From: Clytia hemisphaerica
Lineage: Eukaryota
Direction of reading: 5' to 3'
DNA length: 64,000 nt
NCBI RefSeq assembly: GCF_902728285.1
Contig: NW_027103826.1
Span: 180,759 to 244,758, forward strand
Under the pieces are notes generated by a model. It made no database searches. It saw nothing but the letters and a program-made list of their open reading frames with translations, and was not told where the DNA came from. Positions 22,901 through 34,731 of the stretch are shown one piece after another. The position numbers and the translations under genes are program-made. Position 1 is the stretch's first letter. Every line of letters begins with the position of its first letter.

Positions 22901-25900
22901 ATTAAAATATCCTGACACGCAACCTAAATCTCCAGTTTTATTGATAGCACAAGCATACATTGGTTTACTGAACCCTTGGAGCAACATTTTTTCCTTGAAT
23001 ATTTTCAAATCTGATACGTCCAATACCTTAAAAACATAAGGCTATTTTGATATTTTGCTGTTTCTGTAATCCTTTATATAGGCGAAGTGAGATACCCTGC
23101 AAAATGTCTGAGGGAGTGCAGACGTTTATGACATATTCATTATCTTGTAATAAAACAAAGACAATAATTACAGTGTCGTTAAAACTGCTCTCATCCATAA
23201 ATTTTGCAGGGTATCTCAAAACACACGAATCCTATGAAATAGGCTAATTGTAATTGTATAGGGTACCTTTGCTACACCTAAGTATTCTTGATTCCCAGTA
23301 ACTATCAAATTTGAGCCAGCGTCATCTAAATCCATGAATGATAAACAGGTATTATCTTCCGGTGTAAAATATTCATACTCTGAAACCAGTTCTAATTCGG
23401 CAACTTTGAAACACGCAATTTTTGTTGTGTTACTGAAGATAATCACATGTGTACTGTCTGGGTGGAGGACGCCTCGTAGTTCAGTGCTCTTTGCTGCTTC
23501 TCTGGATAACTTCAACTCAAGAGTAGCTGTATCGTACAGTCTAAATAAAGAAAATTTGTTTTTTAGAGATTTGTATTTCACTCAGTTTATTTTTTGCTTT
23601 CGAGTCAAACCATAAGATGTTTTTAACATCGATTCTACTATCGTAGCAAAAGCTAAATTAAGCATGCAAGATCCAAAATTTTTCATAAAGGCAATTTTGA
23701 CATCAGAATTTCAGTGAGCAAGCATATATACGGCACACGAAAACAAAAATTTTCCTTTTGGTGACAAAAGTTTTATGAAAAAGGGTCACAAAATCACATA
23801 AAAGCACATCACAAAAATTTGCTAAAATGAAGCATTTTTCGAATATGATTCGCAATTCTTATAGGTATGATAAAAACAATTTTAAGTGCAGATAGTATTT
23901 TAGCCTACATGAATGCAAATAATCTCTCTCTATTTACTGAAAATAATATTACCTCAACCAGCCTTCTGCAAGGGTTAAAAATTGAGTTCCATCTTTAGTG
24001 AAAGCACACCATCTAACAATTTCTTCCACCATTTTCGGGACTGTATTTTTCTTTGATTCTTTTGTCACTGGTAATTGCCACAGAATGGTCTCATATAACT
24101 CACTTGACAAAACCTTAAAAGACAAGTAGTCAGCTGAACAACATTTCTTCTTGCATATTTTAGGGGTATTTTGTGGAAACAATAGTTTTTCGCCAGAATT
24201 AAAATTATAAGAACTATATTCAAGATGACAACTTTCCTGTCAGTTTGAATGATAAATTTTGAAGGTGCTGGTTGAAATTTTCACAGTATTAACTTGATGT
24301 ACTTTTTCATTGATTTCTAAAAAGATTTCACTGAAATATTGTGAAGGCATTTCGAGGCACTTTATTAATTTTTGAGTTCTTTCAGTCCCAGCCATTTTGT
24401 GCTTGTTTAAATTTCTTATTGTTGATCTTTTCTTTACAATGAGTTTATAATACAAGTGTATTATCAAGGGCATATCATTAATGTCTAAAACGCACTGAGA
24501 AGTAAGTATTACGACAAACCATCAAAATTTACCATTAAAGATGCTACATTACTTATTTCTTGATCAACAAATAGTCATCAAATACGACAGAGATAGAACA
24601 ACAGAAATTCAGATGTTATCATTCCAGCCGCGGCTTTCTTATACTATGGCTGAACAACATTTCTTCTTGCGGGAGGCCAATGAAATTCATGAGCCCATTT
24701 CTTATTAACACGTCAATTTTTTCAACAATTTTCAAATTTTCAAATTCTACTGTCTATTTTTTAGACTTGAAACAGGTGACCTAGCCTAACGGACAAATAG
24801 ATTTTATTAGTTATATTTTTGCAATAAAAGCTCTGACTATTCATTCATTTTGGATTAGTCTAATTTTAGATACGAGGTAAATTCTCTACCTGATTTTTTC
24901 CAGGGACCAGTGACATATTTTGGATGCTAGCTGCGTGACCTTTCATTTCTTTAAGTAGCTCACCGGCTGAAAGTAGATAAAAAATTAAATGACTTTTATG
25001 GAGCGCTGTTATGCGCAGTTTTGTAATTATTGCGCAGTTTTGTAATTTTTGAGCTGCGCACTTTTGTAATCAAGTGACTGCACACTTTTGTAATTTTAAA
25101 ATAAATCGGCTGAATTATTTTCAAAGTTCTTTTTTACAAAATGAATTAACTTTTTGAAAAGTATACATGATGTGTGACTATTTAGAATAATTCATTTCAA
25201 AATTCCGAGTTGAAAGAGTTATAACTCGGCATTACGTTTTTAAGTTTTATTAATAAATTTATCAATTTGTTCGGAACAACTCGGATTAACTTAATCAAAA
25301 TAGTGTCAATTATATAGCGTTAATCAGTATCAGTACTCTTTTCAAGAGAATGAATGACTGTTTTGCAATGTATTCATACTATGCAACCACTTATATAAGT
25401 TATGTCGAATTTAAGAGTTGAAAGAGTTATAACTCGACATTACATTTTTGGCATAATTCTTTAATGAGCCAAAAAGCTGCGCAGAAATTACAAAACTGCG
25501 CATAACAAGCGCAACATCCAGTGTAGACCGACACTAATGCTGAAATTTTTACTGCATTGGGTACAAATTCTTTTCTGATCTAATATGTTTAAAGCATGAT
25601 CTCCATTTAAGGAGAACTGATGATAGTTGGGCGTGCGACGTCACACGGCAAAATGAGCATTGAAGCTAGGTAAGTTTAGATAAAAAACGACTTGGCTGAA
25701 AGCATTTTATTTAGCGCCCTCTCCCCAACATTTTCTTGCCCTCCCAAGCACCTCATATTTTAACAAACACCCGCTCGCCCTCTGATTCTCGCCCTGTCAC
25801 ATTATTAAATAACAGACTAGTTTGCTAGTATAGCCTAACCAATACCCAATTATTTTCATAAATTCGGTGTTAGGATATTGACGTAATGCTTTTGGTTATG

Positions 25901-28900
25901 GTTATCCAAATATGAGACTTAAGGATACATTTTACATCTAGCAACCGTAGCATGAAGGTAGAACCCCCGTCTACGGTTCAAGAGATTGTGGGCTGATATC
26001 AGTAGCGTAGTGGATCGATGACTAAAATTCGGACAAACTGGGGAGGCAATTTTATAAGATTTTGATTTTGGCGCCCCTTATGAAAATTAAATATCTTTTA
26101 AAGAATTACGCGAGCTAAGCGAACACAAAAATTTGGGGGTATTTTCTCTTATTTTGGCCATATATAAGTTTAAAAAGAGCGTACGGCCGCCGAAATTAGT
26201 AATTAGAGGCATTTTTTTACGCCCTTTTTATTTCAGCCCCCCCCCCCGCTGGGGGAGGGGGCCACCACGCTACTGGTTCATATCCTAGCTAGGTAGAAGA
26301 CCTCAAGAGATGGATCAAAAGTAAGTGAAGAAATTCAGGAAAAGGATTGACGCCCTCCCCTTCCAGTTGACAGCTAAAAAAAAGAGGGGAACCTTCGGGT
26401 CTCCCTCGACTGCAGTCACAAACTTTTTATGTTACATTTCATACTTACATATGTTAAAGATTCTCAGTTCATTTCGACAAAATTGTATTGTTAGGATTCT
26501 CTCACCGATATCATCATAACACACAGACTTGTGTCCTCTATAAAGAGGTGATTTAATGTCAATGTCATCATTATCTTCAATTTGGTTACAAAGCTCCACA
26601 GATGACTTGGTTACTGACCATTCTCTTATGATCTATATGAAAAATGAATTCGAAGATTTCTATATATCTATGGACCAAGTTTTTTCCACCATCTTTGAAA
26701 TGGTACCCTAATAAGCGCTACTCGATGCGGGTCAATTTGTAATTCAATTTAAAAAAAATTTCAACGACATTGAGGAATGCTCCCATTAGGGTGCCACTTT
26801 CAAGAATCTCCTATCAAAGATTAGTGATCTTAAGGATCTAGGACTTTTGAAGAGTACGGCAGGATTGAACAAAAAGAAAGCCCTTTGGGATTGATATCTC
26901 GATCGCAGCTTGATTCTATTCTTTTCATTATCAATTTTCTCGTGAGAATAGTTAATTTTAATAGGTAATTAATGGACGTTTTCAAATCTGAAGACAACTT
27001 GAAAGTTCTGTTTTGACATCGTCTTCAGGACAAAGACAGTAAAAGAAGAGAACAATAGTTTTAAATGATATGAATCCCTTAAGAATTATATCGTTATTTT
27101 TTACAAAAACTTTCCTGGATTTCAAATTTGCTCATGTGATAATAAATCTAGATAAAATCGGATAACATTTGACATTTGATTTTAAGATTTACTTCACGTC
27201 CTTATTCAAGTTGCAGTCCTAGATGCTTCAGGTCACTATTTGCTGGTTGGCAAGGGTGAAGAAGCTCTGTAAGTTTTTATGATTCGACTAAAACACAATG
27301 AGGCTCATCAATACAAAAATGGATATGGGAGAAAATGTCTGAAGCTTCCAAAAACAGCGACGTCTTTATATAACTTCAGAATCTAAAAAATGTGAGAGAA
27401 ACTTCGGCATCTTAACTCTGGCATGGTCCAACTTCTCAGGCAAGAATAGGAGCTGGCTTGACTTGGATCTATTGTGACGATTATTGGACAAATTATTCAT
27501 GAATTACATACATAGTCGTCTGATCCAGAGATGATTTTGTTTTCTGTTGGATGAAATGAAAGACAATGTATGACGTCACAATCACATGTAGCCGAACAAA
27601 GTTGATTCCCTGTAAAAAAATTGGAAAAAAATGAAATGTTGTGCAACATATTGGATATTATCAAGACCTCTTAAAATCGACAAATCCTTATCGGTAGAAG
27701 ATTCGTCAGTGAAAAAATTCGTCGGCAAAAACTATTTGTCGGCAAATCATGTCGTCGTCAAGAAAATATTTATTTATTTTCTATTGACGTAACCTCATAA
27801 ACCTAGTATCCCACTGGGAAAATTTTATCATATAAAAAACACACCTTGGAGATCCCATCCAATTATATCACCACCCAAATGAGCTGAGAAAATCATATTT
27901 AAACGTTCATTATAGCAACAATCAAACCCAGGTTTTTCAGTACACCATTTTTTGACGATTTTCAATGAATTGTTATCAAGAACTGTAATCCAGGTAGCTA
28001 TGTATCTTTCATTTGAATCCACATGTGCATGGATGTTAATTTCATTCCAACAAGCTAGAAGGTTATCACCAGTGCAAGTAAGCCATGAAGTACACAAATC
28101 CTTAGATAAATCAATAAAAATCATTTAACGTATAGATATCCTATCAATTCAGTATTGGAAATAGCAAAACATACTGTAGATGCACAGAGTTTACAGCCGG
28201 CGATGGGCCAGTAGTTAGAGAAAACTAGCCAGAAACTTAAATTTTGTACATAGGAGATATAAAGAAAAAACACTACGGTCAGATCATTTATGTACCCTTA
28301 AATGATCTGACCGTAGTGTTTTTTCTTTATATGCCACACTTATTCCTTAATTACTCATGATGTAATTACTTAAATTCATTTTTTCAAAAGCAGTTTGTTC
28401 TTAAACATGTCAAAGAAAACATAAGGTTTTATCTTCAAATTCTGAAATTGATTTTTCATTATGACCAGAGCCCTTAAGCGCATACGAAATGATTATAATG
28501 ATGATTAAAATGGCGCCTAAAATGAGCTTGGAGACATACCTTTTCAAAAATTTGAACAACATCTTCCAAAGTACCTTTGGAAATGTTGTATCTTGATATT
28601 GTTCCGACAACACCAAGTATCAAAGTTTTGCCATCCGATGAAATGGAATCAGCAGATCCCATGTCCTTGAAATCGTGAATTACTTCTCCACTATTCATAT
28701 CAAATACAGCTGTGAATTTACCAGTAATAGCAACAATATCTCTCTTCGGGTTCACTGAAACACAAGAGACTCCTCCCCTACGGTATTTAACAAGCATCGA
28801 GTCCCCTTCCATAGGGATGTTGGTCCAATATAAAGGGTAAGCCTCCCCTTTCACTAAGGGTTCCATCCCTAGGGAAAGTGTATCTTTAGTAACGAATGAA

Positions 28901-31900
28901 TTGGGTAATTGTGTTACAGCCATGTTGAGGCTAAAATTCGGCAATTCCTGAATGTAGGGTGTGTAGAGCTGAACAAAAGAAGCCCATTGTTTGAGAGCCT
29001 CTAAGTCTTCTGTATCTTTGAGAGTAGCCAAAGCAACTGAGTAATCCTCGCTTAAGCTTTGCTGTTGCTTGGCAACAATGCGGTTTTTAACGAAGTAAAG
29101 ATTTCTTAGACTTATTTTCAAGCTTTCCAAAGGTGTATCTTGGTTTTGGTGAGCTTTGAGCTGATGGTAGACCAGCTGCTCTAAGATGTTATCAAAATAC
29201 GCTGGAGGTTCCTCTTGAGGTGTTTCACAACATTGCTTGATGATAATGTCTTGGAAAAAATCTCTCATACACGCGTGTGTTTCCTGCTCGAAGGATTCCG
29301 TCATAAATTTTTGGCGCACAGCATATTTGAGCTGGTCGTGGAAGAATCGAAGATAGCCACCTCCCCCTAAAATATAGCATCTTTTTTTAGAATACAGCAA
29401 AAGCTCCATAGCTGAAATCCTGCTAACACACAACATTTTTGCAACGTTCATCTAACGTTATATGGACATTGTGAACATTAGATAAATGTTGAAAAAAGTG
29501 CTATGCCAGCTGGGAAAGCCTATCAAGCAGAGTCTTCGATCACACAAAAAAACAAAATTCTAATCTGTCTATCACGTCATTGAACTAAACACATTTCTCA
29601 TCAATCATGTATCATACCTCTTGAGATCACCATGATATCACGCCAAAAAATGCCCTATTACGCCACACCACGTAAACCATTGGAGAGGGGCTAATATCTC
29701 TAGCCACTAATCCTTTCTTGATTCAAAACAAACATTTATCAACATAGTCTCTACAAACTACAAACTAAGTTTTCATCGCTCTGACAACCTTTAGTTTTCC
29801 GAGCGTGTTCCAATTATTGAACCTTTCTACTGGCAATTGTTTATCCTATTATTAACAATTATCTTTAGGTATCTTCCTAATTGCCAGTACTTCCATTACT
29901 TACCGGCTGCTAAGAAATGAGAAATCGAATCATAAATCCTTGGGAAATTTGCATCGTACAAAAATTGTCCATCGCCTTTTTCTCTTTGTTCTTTGTAATG
30001 CAGAAGGTCATTTATTTGGTTCTCTAGCAAGCCATCTTTTGAAACACAGATTAATCCTGCTACGTCATGCACGAATAATTTGCCGTAAGTTATTGACCAA
30101 TCGTCTAAGAGGAAGCTAAACAGATCTGTAATGCTGTTTGGTAGATTCTCAATATACTGTGTCACCTTTTCGAAAATTCCAAACTTCCTCAAAGCCTCGC
30201 AAGCAGCAATTAAGTACAACGGACTTTGACTCTTAGACAATATTATCTCCATTTGGTTGCCAACTTTCGAGTCTTCATTTTCGGTTAGCTTCTTGTTGAA
30301 TCTTGCCAATGTTTCTCTGACCATTTCTTTCAAGTCTTCATGACTCATGTTTTCAACAGGAAGACATTCTGCGTCAGGAGAAACATCGAGTGCATTTTGG
30401 AAGGTCCCATTTTCTTGATTCAATGTCGAGATCATGAATTTGAGATTCTTGGGAGCATCTTTTAACGGTAGCCACCACATATCCCAAGCGCCTATATAAA
30501 AGGGATTTATGGGAATTTTAGATTTTTCAGGGCTTTCTAGGTGATAATTCAATGCATTTTTGGGATATTGTAACATTACTGGACCCTCAAAAAATAGTGT
30601 TTAATGAATCCCCGATTTGAGTCTCTCAAAATTCTTCTAAAACGTTCACACTTAAATATTTCTAGCTTTGAACTTAAGTAGCTAAGACTTTTTGCAACTG
30701 CAGTTGAGGGCGATCCGAGGGCTCCCTTTTTGTTAATTGTCTATCCAAAGGAAGACAATTAAGACAAATCTTGTCCCTGGCTTTCTCTATTTACCCTAGA
30801 CCCCTCTCTTTTACTAGTTACTAAACCTCAAGCAGAGAGACATTAACAAACATTCTGGGGTTTTCGGTCCATACCAAGGTTACCTCGGCAGAGATATACC
30901 CCATAAAACATAAAACATACCTAGCCCGCTGTGGAATTGATTGACAGCATCAATAATAATAACGAATAATTTATCTGGATATTGATTTGCACTTTCGATC
31001 AGAAATTCGTGATGTTCTTGTTTCAATTCTGAAGCATTTCCAGTAAATTCTTTGGACAATTTGGTTTCACCCCTATCTCGTCTGTATTTTCTCAAATTCA
31101 TTTGAAGTCTTCGCATCATTCCTGAAAGAAAAATTCTTGACCTTAAAAATATTACCTCGCTCGAATATTGATCCATAGATGTTCATGTAAAAATAAACAA
31201 GCCTTGGCTCAACTTTTTAGTCTAAAGCAAGAAGGATATCACTAAATACTCCTTTCTAGGATAGTATCGTTTTATTCTACTCACAAATTAGGGAAATAAT
31301 TCGAAACGGGGCATAATAATTATTATTTTGAAAAAGTTGTGATATTAGTTTGAAAAACACTATACCAAGTAAAGGTGAGCCTAAGGCTAGACTACTAAAC
31401 CACGTCGTTGTATTTCGCTGCAACTTAATCTTGCAATGAGCTCTATGTCTATATGTTCACTGAATACAATGTCAATTTCATTGTCAATGTCTTTCCAAAC
31501 CACTCGCCCGCGGAAATTTCTATTTTTATAAGAACTCTTTATAGCACTATTCCCGCATTCCTGTGTCCAAGGAAAGACAGACGCTTGCTAATCTAACTTA
31601 AGGCGAATGTTTTGCTAGTCTTTGTTCCCGTGCGAACAGGATGAGCTGAAAACGAGCACCTTACCTTCTAAAAGACTCGAACTAGGGCAAGAATCAACAG
31701 CGTGGATAAACAAAAAGTCGTTTGTCTTTTCTACTCGACTCATACAATCGACTGCAATTTTTGCCAACAAACCAGATTTTCCACACCCCGGTTCACCATG
31801 TAAAATCAGTGTGTTTGGGTAACCGCTAGTAAGACAGTGTTGATATGCTTTGTTAACAAGACCTTTACGACCAACAAATGTAGCAGCCTTTAATTTTACG

Positions 31901-32527
31901 GCGTTTCTATGTTGTATTGATTCTAGTGCGTAACTATAGAAAAAATGATAAAAATAAAAATTATTTGAATTGGAATGAATTGTGTTTTTAAATTCTCTTG
32001 TAAGTATCTCGATATATTTTGCAGGGGAACCAAAAAAGTAACTTTTTATATTATCCAATTAAATGTTGGAAAGATATTCACGAGTGGAATATTACCAAAT
32101 TGAAAACAACAAAAAAGTGCAAAATGAAGATGAAAAATGAAGAAGAAAAAAATAAACTTCGTGTAGAGTGTGCTGTGGTTTAAATTTAGAAGATTATAAC
32201 TATTTATCAAGGAATTTAGCATTCGAAAAATTATCAAAATTAGAAATTATTAGAAAAAAAACTTTTAGACTGTAAAAAATGAGGAGTGTATATTTAATTC
32301 GATCCAAAGAAAACACGTACTTGTCAACTTGTGTCGTATCAATCGAAGAATAATTCGATAAAATTGACTCCATTAAATCTTCCTCGACCTGTTTTTCAAA
32401 ATCTTCCAATTTCTTCACGTAACCAACTCCAAAACTTCTGGCATTTTCTCTTTTTAAGGTTATTTTTGCGTCACAATATTGAGCGCTGTACTCTGACCAT
32501 TTTATCTCTGGATGACCCTGGATAAAC
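19766..32527 (-). CDS. NWD1-like: NACHT- and WD40-repeat-domain gene (NWD1-like STAND NTPase), multi-exon. Order on the minus strand is N-terminal helical region, NACHT with Walker A and B, helical domain, then at least 7 WD40-repeat exons. Further 5' exons probably lie upstream of 32527.
   Basis: Walker A LILHGEPGCGKSGLLAKIA (compare NWD1 LVLFGPPGIGKTALMCKLA). Walker B DKLFVIIIDAVNQF (compare NWD1 SLVLLLDAMDDL). The N-terminal exon aligns to NWD1 ...KELGEQFVVRANHQVL. Downstream exons carry WD40 signatures (GH...D, LRIFD, WD). Confidence 0.75.
20065..20770. mobile_element. MITE-like element with terminal inverted repeats tctactagagggg / ccctctagtaga and internal degenerate tandem motif aaaa(t)tttcgcacccccctaagga.
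   Basis: The terminal inverted repeats and the internal repeats are visible by direct reading. Confidence 0.5.
21008..21200 (-). CDS. NWD1-like: NWD-like WD40 exon. Only the 3' part of ORF 21008..21391 is coding; the upstream part overlaps a MITE.
   Basis: …MAFDLTNGTIKYYVQRAYKIIGGFFSNNCLLYNGNDSNHNFFKYDPESEKDICEYKGK. Confidence 0.35.
21395..21600. mobile_element. MITE with G-rich terminal inverted repeats (ggggggcgtacgg … ccgtacgccccc) and internal cggtatttcgg(a/t) motifs. The same family recurs at 22050-22200 and 62385-62790.
   Basis: Inverted termini and a shared internal motif are seen at three loci. Confidence 0.55.
22385..22730. mobile_element. MITE with terminal inverted repeats catccctttctcacagacc / ggtctgtgagaaggagatc. 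A second family member lies at 41455-41745.
   Basis: The two copies are about 85% identical over about 300 bp (…ctcactg.a.aatattatgctattttt…cccactggctg.aaaaa…). Confidence 0.6.
22742..23023 (-). CDS. NWD1-like: NWD-like WD40 exon (ORF-bounded, approximate).
   Basis: Open frame …MYACAINKTGDLGCVSGYFNGKQSYF… on the same strand, colinear with the flanking WD40 exons. Confidence 0.4.
   Translation of the reverse strand: MDVSDLKIFKEKMLLQGFSKPMYACAINKTGDLGCVSGYFNGKQSYFIEFVYLLPDIFYSILCSMGKCRCAAFSSREVEKIHFCYHSNLTSEF
23216..23581 (-). CDS. NWD1-like: NWD-like WD40 exon (ORF-bounded, approximate).
   Basis: …CLSFMDLDDAGSNLIVTGNQEYLGVAKV… and …RLYDTATLELKL… match the WD40 β-propeller blade pattern. Confidence 0.45.
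   Translation of the reverse strand: MKYKSLKNKFSLFRLYDTATLELKLSREAAKSTELRGVLHPDSTHVIIFSNTTKIACFKVAELELVSEYEYFTPEDNTCLSFMDLDDAGSNLIVTGNQEYLGVAKVPYTITISLFHRIRVF
24995..25510. mobile_element. MITE/foldback element with terminal inverted repeats gcgctgttatgcgcagttttgtaatt … aattacaaaactgcgcataacaagcgc and an inverted internal duplication (…gagttgaaagagttataactcg(g/a)cattac…).
   Basis: Perfect ~26-bp terminal inverted repeats are seen in the sequence. Confidence 0.6.
27828..28124 (-). CDS. NWD1-like: NWD-like WD40 exon (ORF-bounded, approximate).
   Basis: Open frame …FSAHLGGDIIGWDLQ… carries the WD dipeptide. Confidence 0.45.
   Translation of the reverse strand: MIFIDLSKDLCTSWLTCTGDNLLACWNEINIHAHVDSNERYIATWITVLDNNSLKIVKKWCTEKPGFDCCYNERLNMIFSAHLGGDIIGWDLQGVFFI
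28530..29451 (-). CDS. NWD1-like: NWD-like large exon carrying the HETHD-like region and the first WD40 repeats (…GGVSCVSVNPKRDIVAITGKFTAVFDMNSGEVIHDFKDMGSADSISSDGKTLILGVVGTISRYNISKGTLEDVVQIFEK). The donor GTATGT lies at 28524-28529. The 5' end is approximate.
   Basis: Long open frame with WD-repeat-like periodicity, ending exactly at a consensus donor. Confidence 0.55.
29896..30576 (-). CDS. NWD1-like: NWD-like helical/winged-helix region exon. The ORF-bounded range is given; true splice ends are slightly inside it.
   Basis: 226-aa open frame with no repeats, in colinear position between the NACHT exons and the WD40 exons. Confidence 0.5.
   Translation of the reverse strand: MLQYPKNALNYHLESPEKSKIPINPFYIGAWDMWWLPLKDAPKNLKFMISTLNQENGTFQNALDVSPDAECLPVENMSHEDLKEMVRETLARFNKKLTENEDSKVGNQMEIILSKSQSPLYLIAACEALRKFGIFEKVTQYIENLPNSITDLFSFLLDDWSITYGKLFVHDVAGLICVSKDGLLENQINDLLHYKEQREKGDGQFLYDANFPRIYDSISHFLAAGK
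30921..31121 (-). CDS. NWD1-like: NWD-like NACHT exon with Walker B (…HEFLIESANQYPDKLFVIIIDAVNQFHSG).
   Basis: Acceptor is tttttctttcag, donor is GTATGT. A hydrophobic stretch is followed by an acidic D in hhhhDa context. Confidence 0.7.
31665..31933 (-). CDS. NWD1-like: NWD-like NACHT exon with the Walker A P-loop (…FVGRKGLVNKAYQHCLTSGYPNTLILHGEPGCGKSGLLAKIAVDCMSRVEK…).
   Basis: Acceptor is ttttttctatag, donor is GTAAGG. Carries the GxxGxGKS motif. Confidence 0.75.
32321..32527 (-). CDS. NWD1-like: NWD-like exon encoding FIQGHPEIKWSEYSAQYCDAKITLKRENARSFGVGYVKKLEDFEKQVEEDLMESILSNYSSIDTTQVD.
   Basis: Strong acceptor gattctttttttag, donor GTACGT. The phase-2 end joins the phase-1 start of the next exon, giving ...VDN|YALE. 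Confidence 0.65.
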
Positions 32528-33922
32528 CTAAAAAAAGAATCAACAAATTTGAAGATTTGGATTTCAGAGCTAACAATATATGTTATGTATATGAAGGGGA
32601 GAAAGTGCCTATTTTGCAACATTAAAAAAGAGCGACAAATTTCACCATCCCAACCCCGACCGAAAGTTAAGAGCGAGGACTTAAAACAATCTGGAAATTA
32701 TGTAAAAATACCCACAAAATGGTAAAAAAAAACGAACTTTCTAAGAACAATTTTAGGCTTCAAACTTAAAAAATTAAGAACATCAGAAGGTTTAAAAGGT
32801 TTTGGTATTCTTATAAAAAAGGTTTACACCGAGGGCAGGGGGGGGGGCAAATCACTCGAAAAATGGTGTGCGAGATTTATGATTTACTTTTGATTTATGA
32901 TTTATTTTTGATTTATGATTTATTTTAGATTTACTTTTGATTTATGAATTATTTTTTATTTCTGATTTATTTCTGATTTATTTTTGATTTATGATTTATT
33001 TATGATTTATTTTTGAATTATTTTAGATTTATCTCTAATTTATGAATAGGAGTAATTTTATGGATGCATTTTTTCAAATTACAACGAACTGATAATCAAA
33101 ATAAGTGTCAAAATTTTTTAAAAAGTTGAAAAGTCAATTTTTTTCGAAAGATTTTTTATTTATTTTTTATTTATTTCTGATTTATTTTTGATTTATGATT
33201 TATTTATGATTTATTTTTGAATTATTTTAGATTTATCTCTAATTTATGAATAGGAGTAATTTTATGGAAGCATTTTTTCAAATTACAACGAACTGATAAT
33301 CAAAATAAGTGCCAAAAAATTTAAAAAGTTGAAAAGTCAATTTTTTTCGAAAGGTTTTTTATTTATTTTTTATTTATTTTTTATTTTTGATTTATTTTTG
33401 ATTCATAAAATTGCGTACGAAATTTATTTTAGTGATTTGCCCCTCGGTTTACGCAGGCTACCTCACAATACTTACTCGTTCAAAGCATCTCTATCCTTTT
33501 TATAAGCAGAAGCATTTTTATTCACGTTGTATTGGAATTTCAATTGCAGATCTTCCATCTCTTTTTCCACATACTCAAATTCAAAAATCCATCGAAATTC
33601 TTCTGGGAATTTTACACCTTAAAAATGAAGGAAATATGTTCCGAGATTTTACCGATCTTTTTCCTCGGAAAAATATTACGGAAAAATCTCGAAACGGGTA
33701 AAATATCGAGTTTATCGTCAAGCTGTAAACGTTTCGAATTTTAGAAGGAAGAAATGATTGTTGAAGAATTGATGCTTCAAAGTCAAGGAAGTATTTTTGT
33801 TGAGAATTGGGAGAGAACTTTTATAAAGATCGCTCGTCATATGGTTTAATACAAGACACAAGAAGCCGGAGCGGCCAGCTGACGTGGCAATAACCGAATG
33901 TCGTTCGTAACGGGTTCCTTAA

Positions 33923-34622
33923 GGGCTCTGACCATAGTGAATTTTTCAAAATTGCCGTGTTTAAAATGTGTTTTCTGACTGATGTAACCAACAAAACTAT
34001 GGCATGTTATACATTTTCTGTTAGACAAACTATTCCTGAATCTGAAAACTCAAAAATTGCATTGAAAAAATTTGATGAAGAAGAAAATGAAGACTTTTGC
34101 GAGGAAGAGTATTTCAACTTTGAAGAGCTTAGTTTCGGCGAAGAAAAAACATTTTGAAAAAATTTTCGCAGTAGATGGTGTATCTTTTACCGAACAAAAT
34201 ACCGAAAATTTTTGTAAATGCTTTTTTGTCTCGAAATCTTCAAAATAGTGATTCATCAATTTTTCATATGGATTTTTCTTAAAAATACATTCATAACTTT
34301 TGACACATCTTTTTAGAAAAATTTTCCGCAAAATTTAAAATAGTTCAATTCTTTGCGGAAAGTTTGAAAAAAGTTCGAAACAAAAAGGTTAATTACCTAT
34401 TAAAACTTAGCACTTTTTATAAAAGAAGGTGATGCAACATATTATTAACGTCTTTTTAAAGCTCATAACGTCATTTTTGCAATTAGGTTCTTAATTACTC
34501 TTAAGGGGTTTGATTAAAAAGCAATTTATAAAGGCGATTCTTTGTTAAAAGTGTTAAAGAATTTAAAACATAACTTTTATGTTCAGATACTAAAATCGAT
34601 TTTCTGACTATGGTCAGAGCCC
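33923..34622 (+). mobile_element. About 700-bp MITE, copy 1, with terminal inverted repeats (aa)gggctctgaccatag … ctatggtcagagccc(tt) flanked by TTAA. It carries a conserved 66-aa acidic ORF at 33957..34157.
   Basis: About 96% identical to copy 2 at 42155-42849 over its entire length. TTAA lies at both junctions (33919-22, 34623-26). Confidence 0.75.
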
Positions 34623-34731
34623 TTAAGTGACGCAAAGAAATTTCCTTCCCATCCTCCACTCTGAGCTTCTATTTTCGTACTGCTAAGTTTTGAAAGTTTT
34701 TGATGCATTTCCCAAAATTTCGAAACTTTTG

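Noticed and set aside
24240-24473. 77-aa minus ORF counted initially as an NWD WD40 exon.
   Set aside because: It lies inside the multi-copy repeat (24185-24660, paralogs at 38760 and 39960) and has no WD40 signature.
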